Below, one piece after another: positions 63,592 through 64,000 of a stretch of 64,000 nucleotides of DNA. The notes beneath the pieces were generated by a model. That model was given only the letters and a program-made list of their open reading frames with translations, made no database searches and was not told where the DNA came from. Origin of the DNA: Eledone cirrhosa (taxonomy: Eukaryota); NCBI GenBank assembly GCA_964016885.1, contig OZ024742.1, positions 356,996,001-357,060,000 of the forward strand. Direction: 5' to 3'. Position 1 is the first letter of the stretch. Each line of letters begins with the position of its first letter. Made by a program: the position numbers and the translations under genes.

Positions 63592-63853
63592 TAAATCATG
63601 TTCTTAGAATTATTAGATAAAATATATACCATTTCCTCTCCCAATTAGCATATATAACCATATAAAAAATCAATTAGACCAGGCTATAAGAATAAAGGCT
63701 CCTATGAAGAAATTGATTTTTTATATGGTTAATTGGGAGAGGAAATGGTATATACTTTATCTAATAATTCTAAGGACATGATTTATGATATATTGCTCTG
63801 ATTATTTAATTTATTAATTCTTCATTGAGCCACAACGTGACCGGTTGCCACAT
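63584..63853. mobile_element. short version of the same fold-back element
   Basis: Has the same left end and the same right end plus tail, with arms of about 85-90 bp. Confidence 0.82.
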
Positions 63854-63883
63854 ATATATCTATGACTTTATGTATATTTAAAT

Positions 63884-63946
<63 letters not shown>

Positions 63947-64000
63947 TATATATAAACAATATTTGATATGAGATCCTTTAACAAAATATGAAATGTTTAA

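Overview
This is a repeat-dense, AT-rich eukaryotic region. The SINE/LINE repertoire suggests a mollusc, most likely an octopus, but that is my inference. I could not support any intact host protein-coding gene. Bases 1-13661 are a 48-bp satellite with higher-order structure, and its monomer matches the antisense 3' module of an RTE-LINE/SINE family found elsewhere in the window. The rest contains: a near-intact, 5'-truncated RTE LINE (endonuclease, RT and a PHD-like finger; 48942-52137); many RTE, CR1-like and CRE-like fragments; two tRNA-derived SINE families; a decayed IR/DR-type DD37E Tc1-like transposon with a minisatellite expanded at its stop codon; piggyBac-, hAT- and Tc1-like MITEs; several minisatellites seeded from transposon sequence; a long fold-back element with an asymmetric tail; and several degenerate type I hammerhead ribozyme motifs of the kind carried by Penelope-like elements, clustered at 61-63.5 kb. 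All alignments were done by eye, and the boundaries of decayed elements are approximate.
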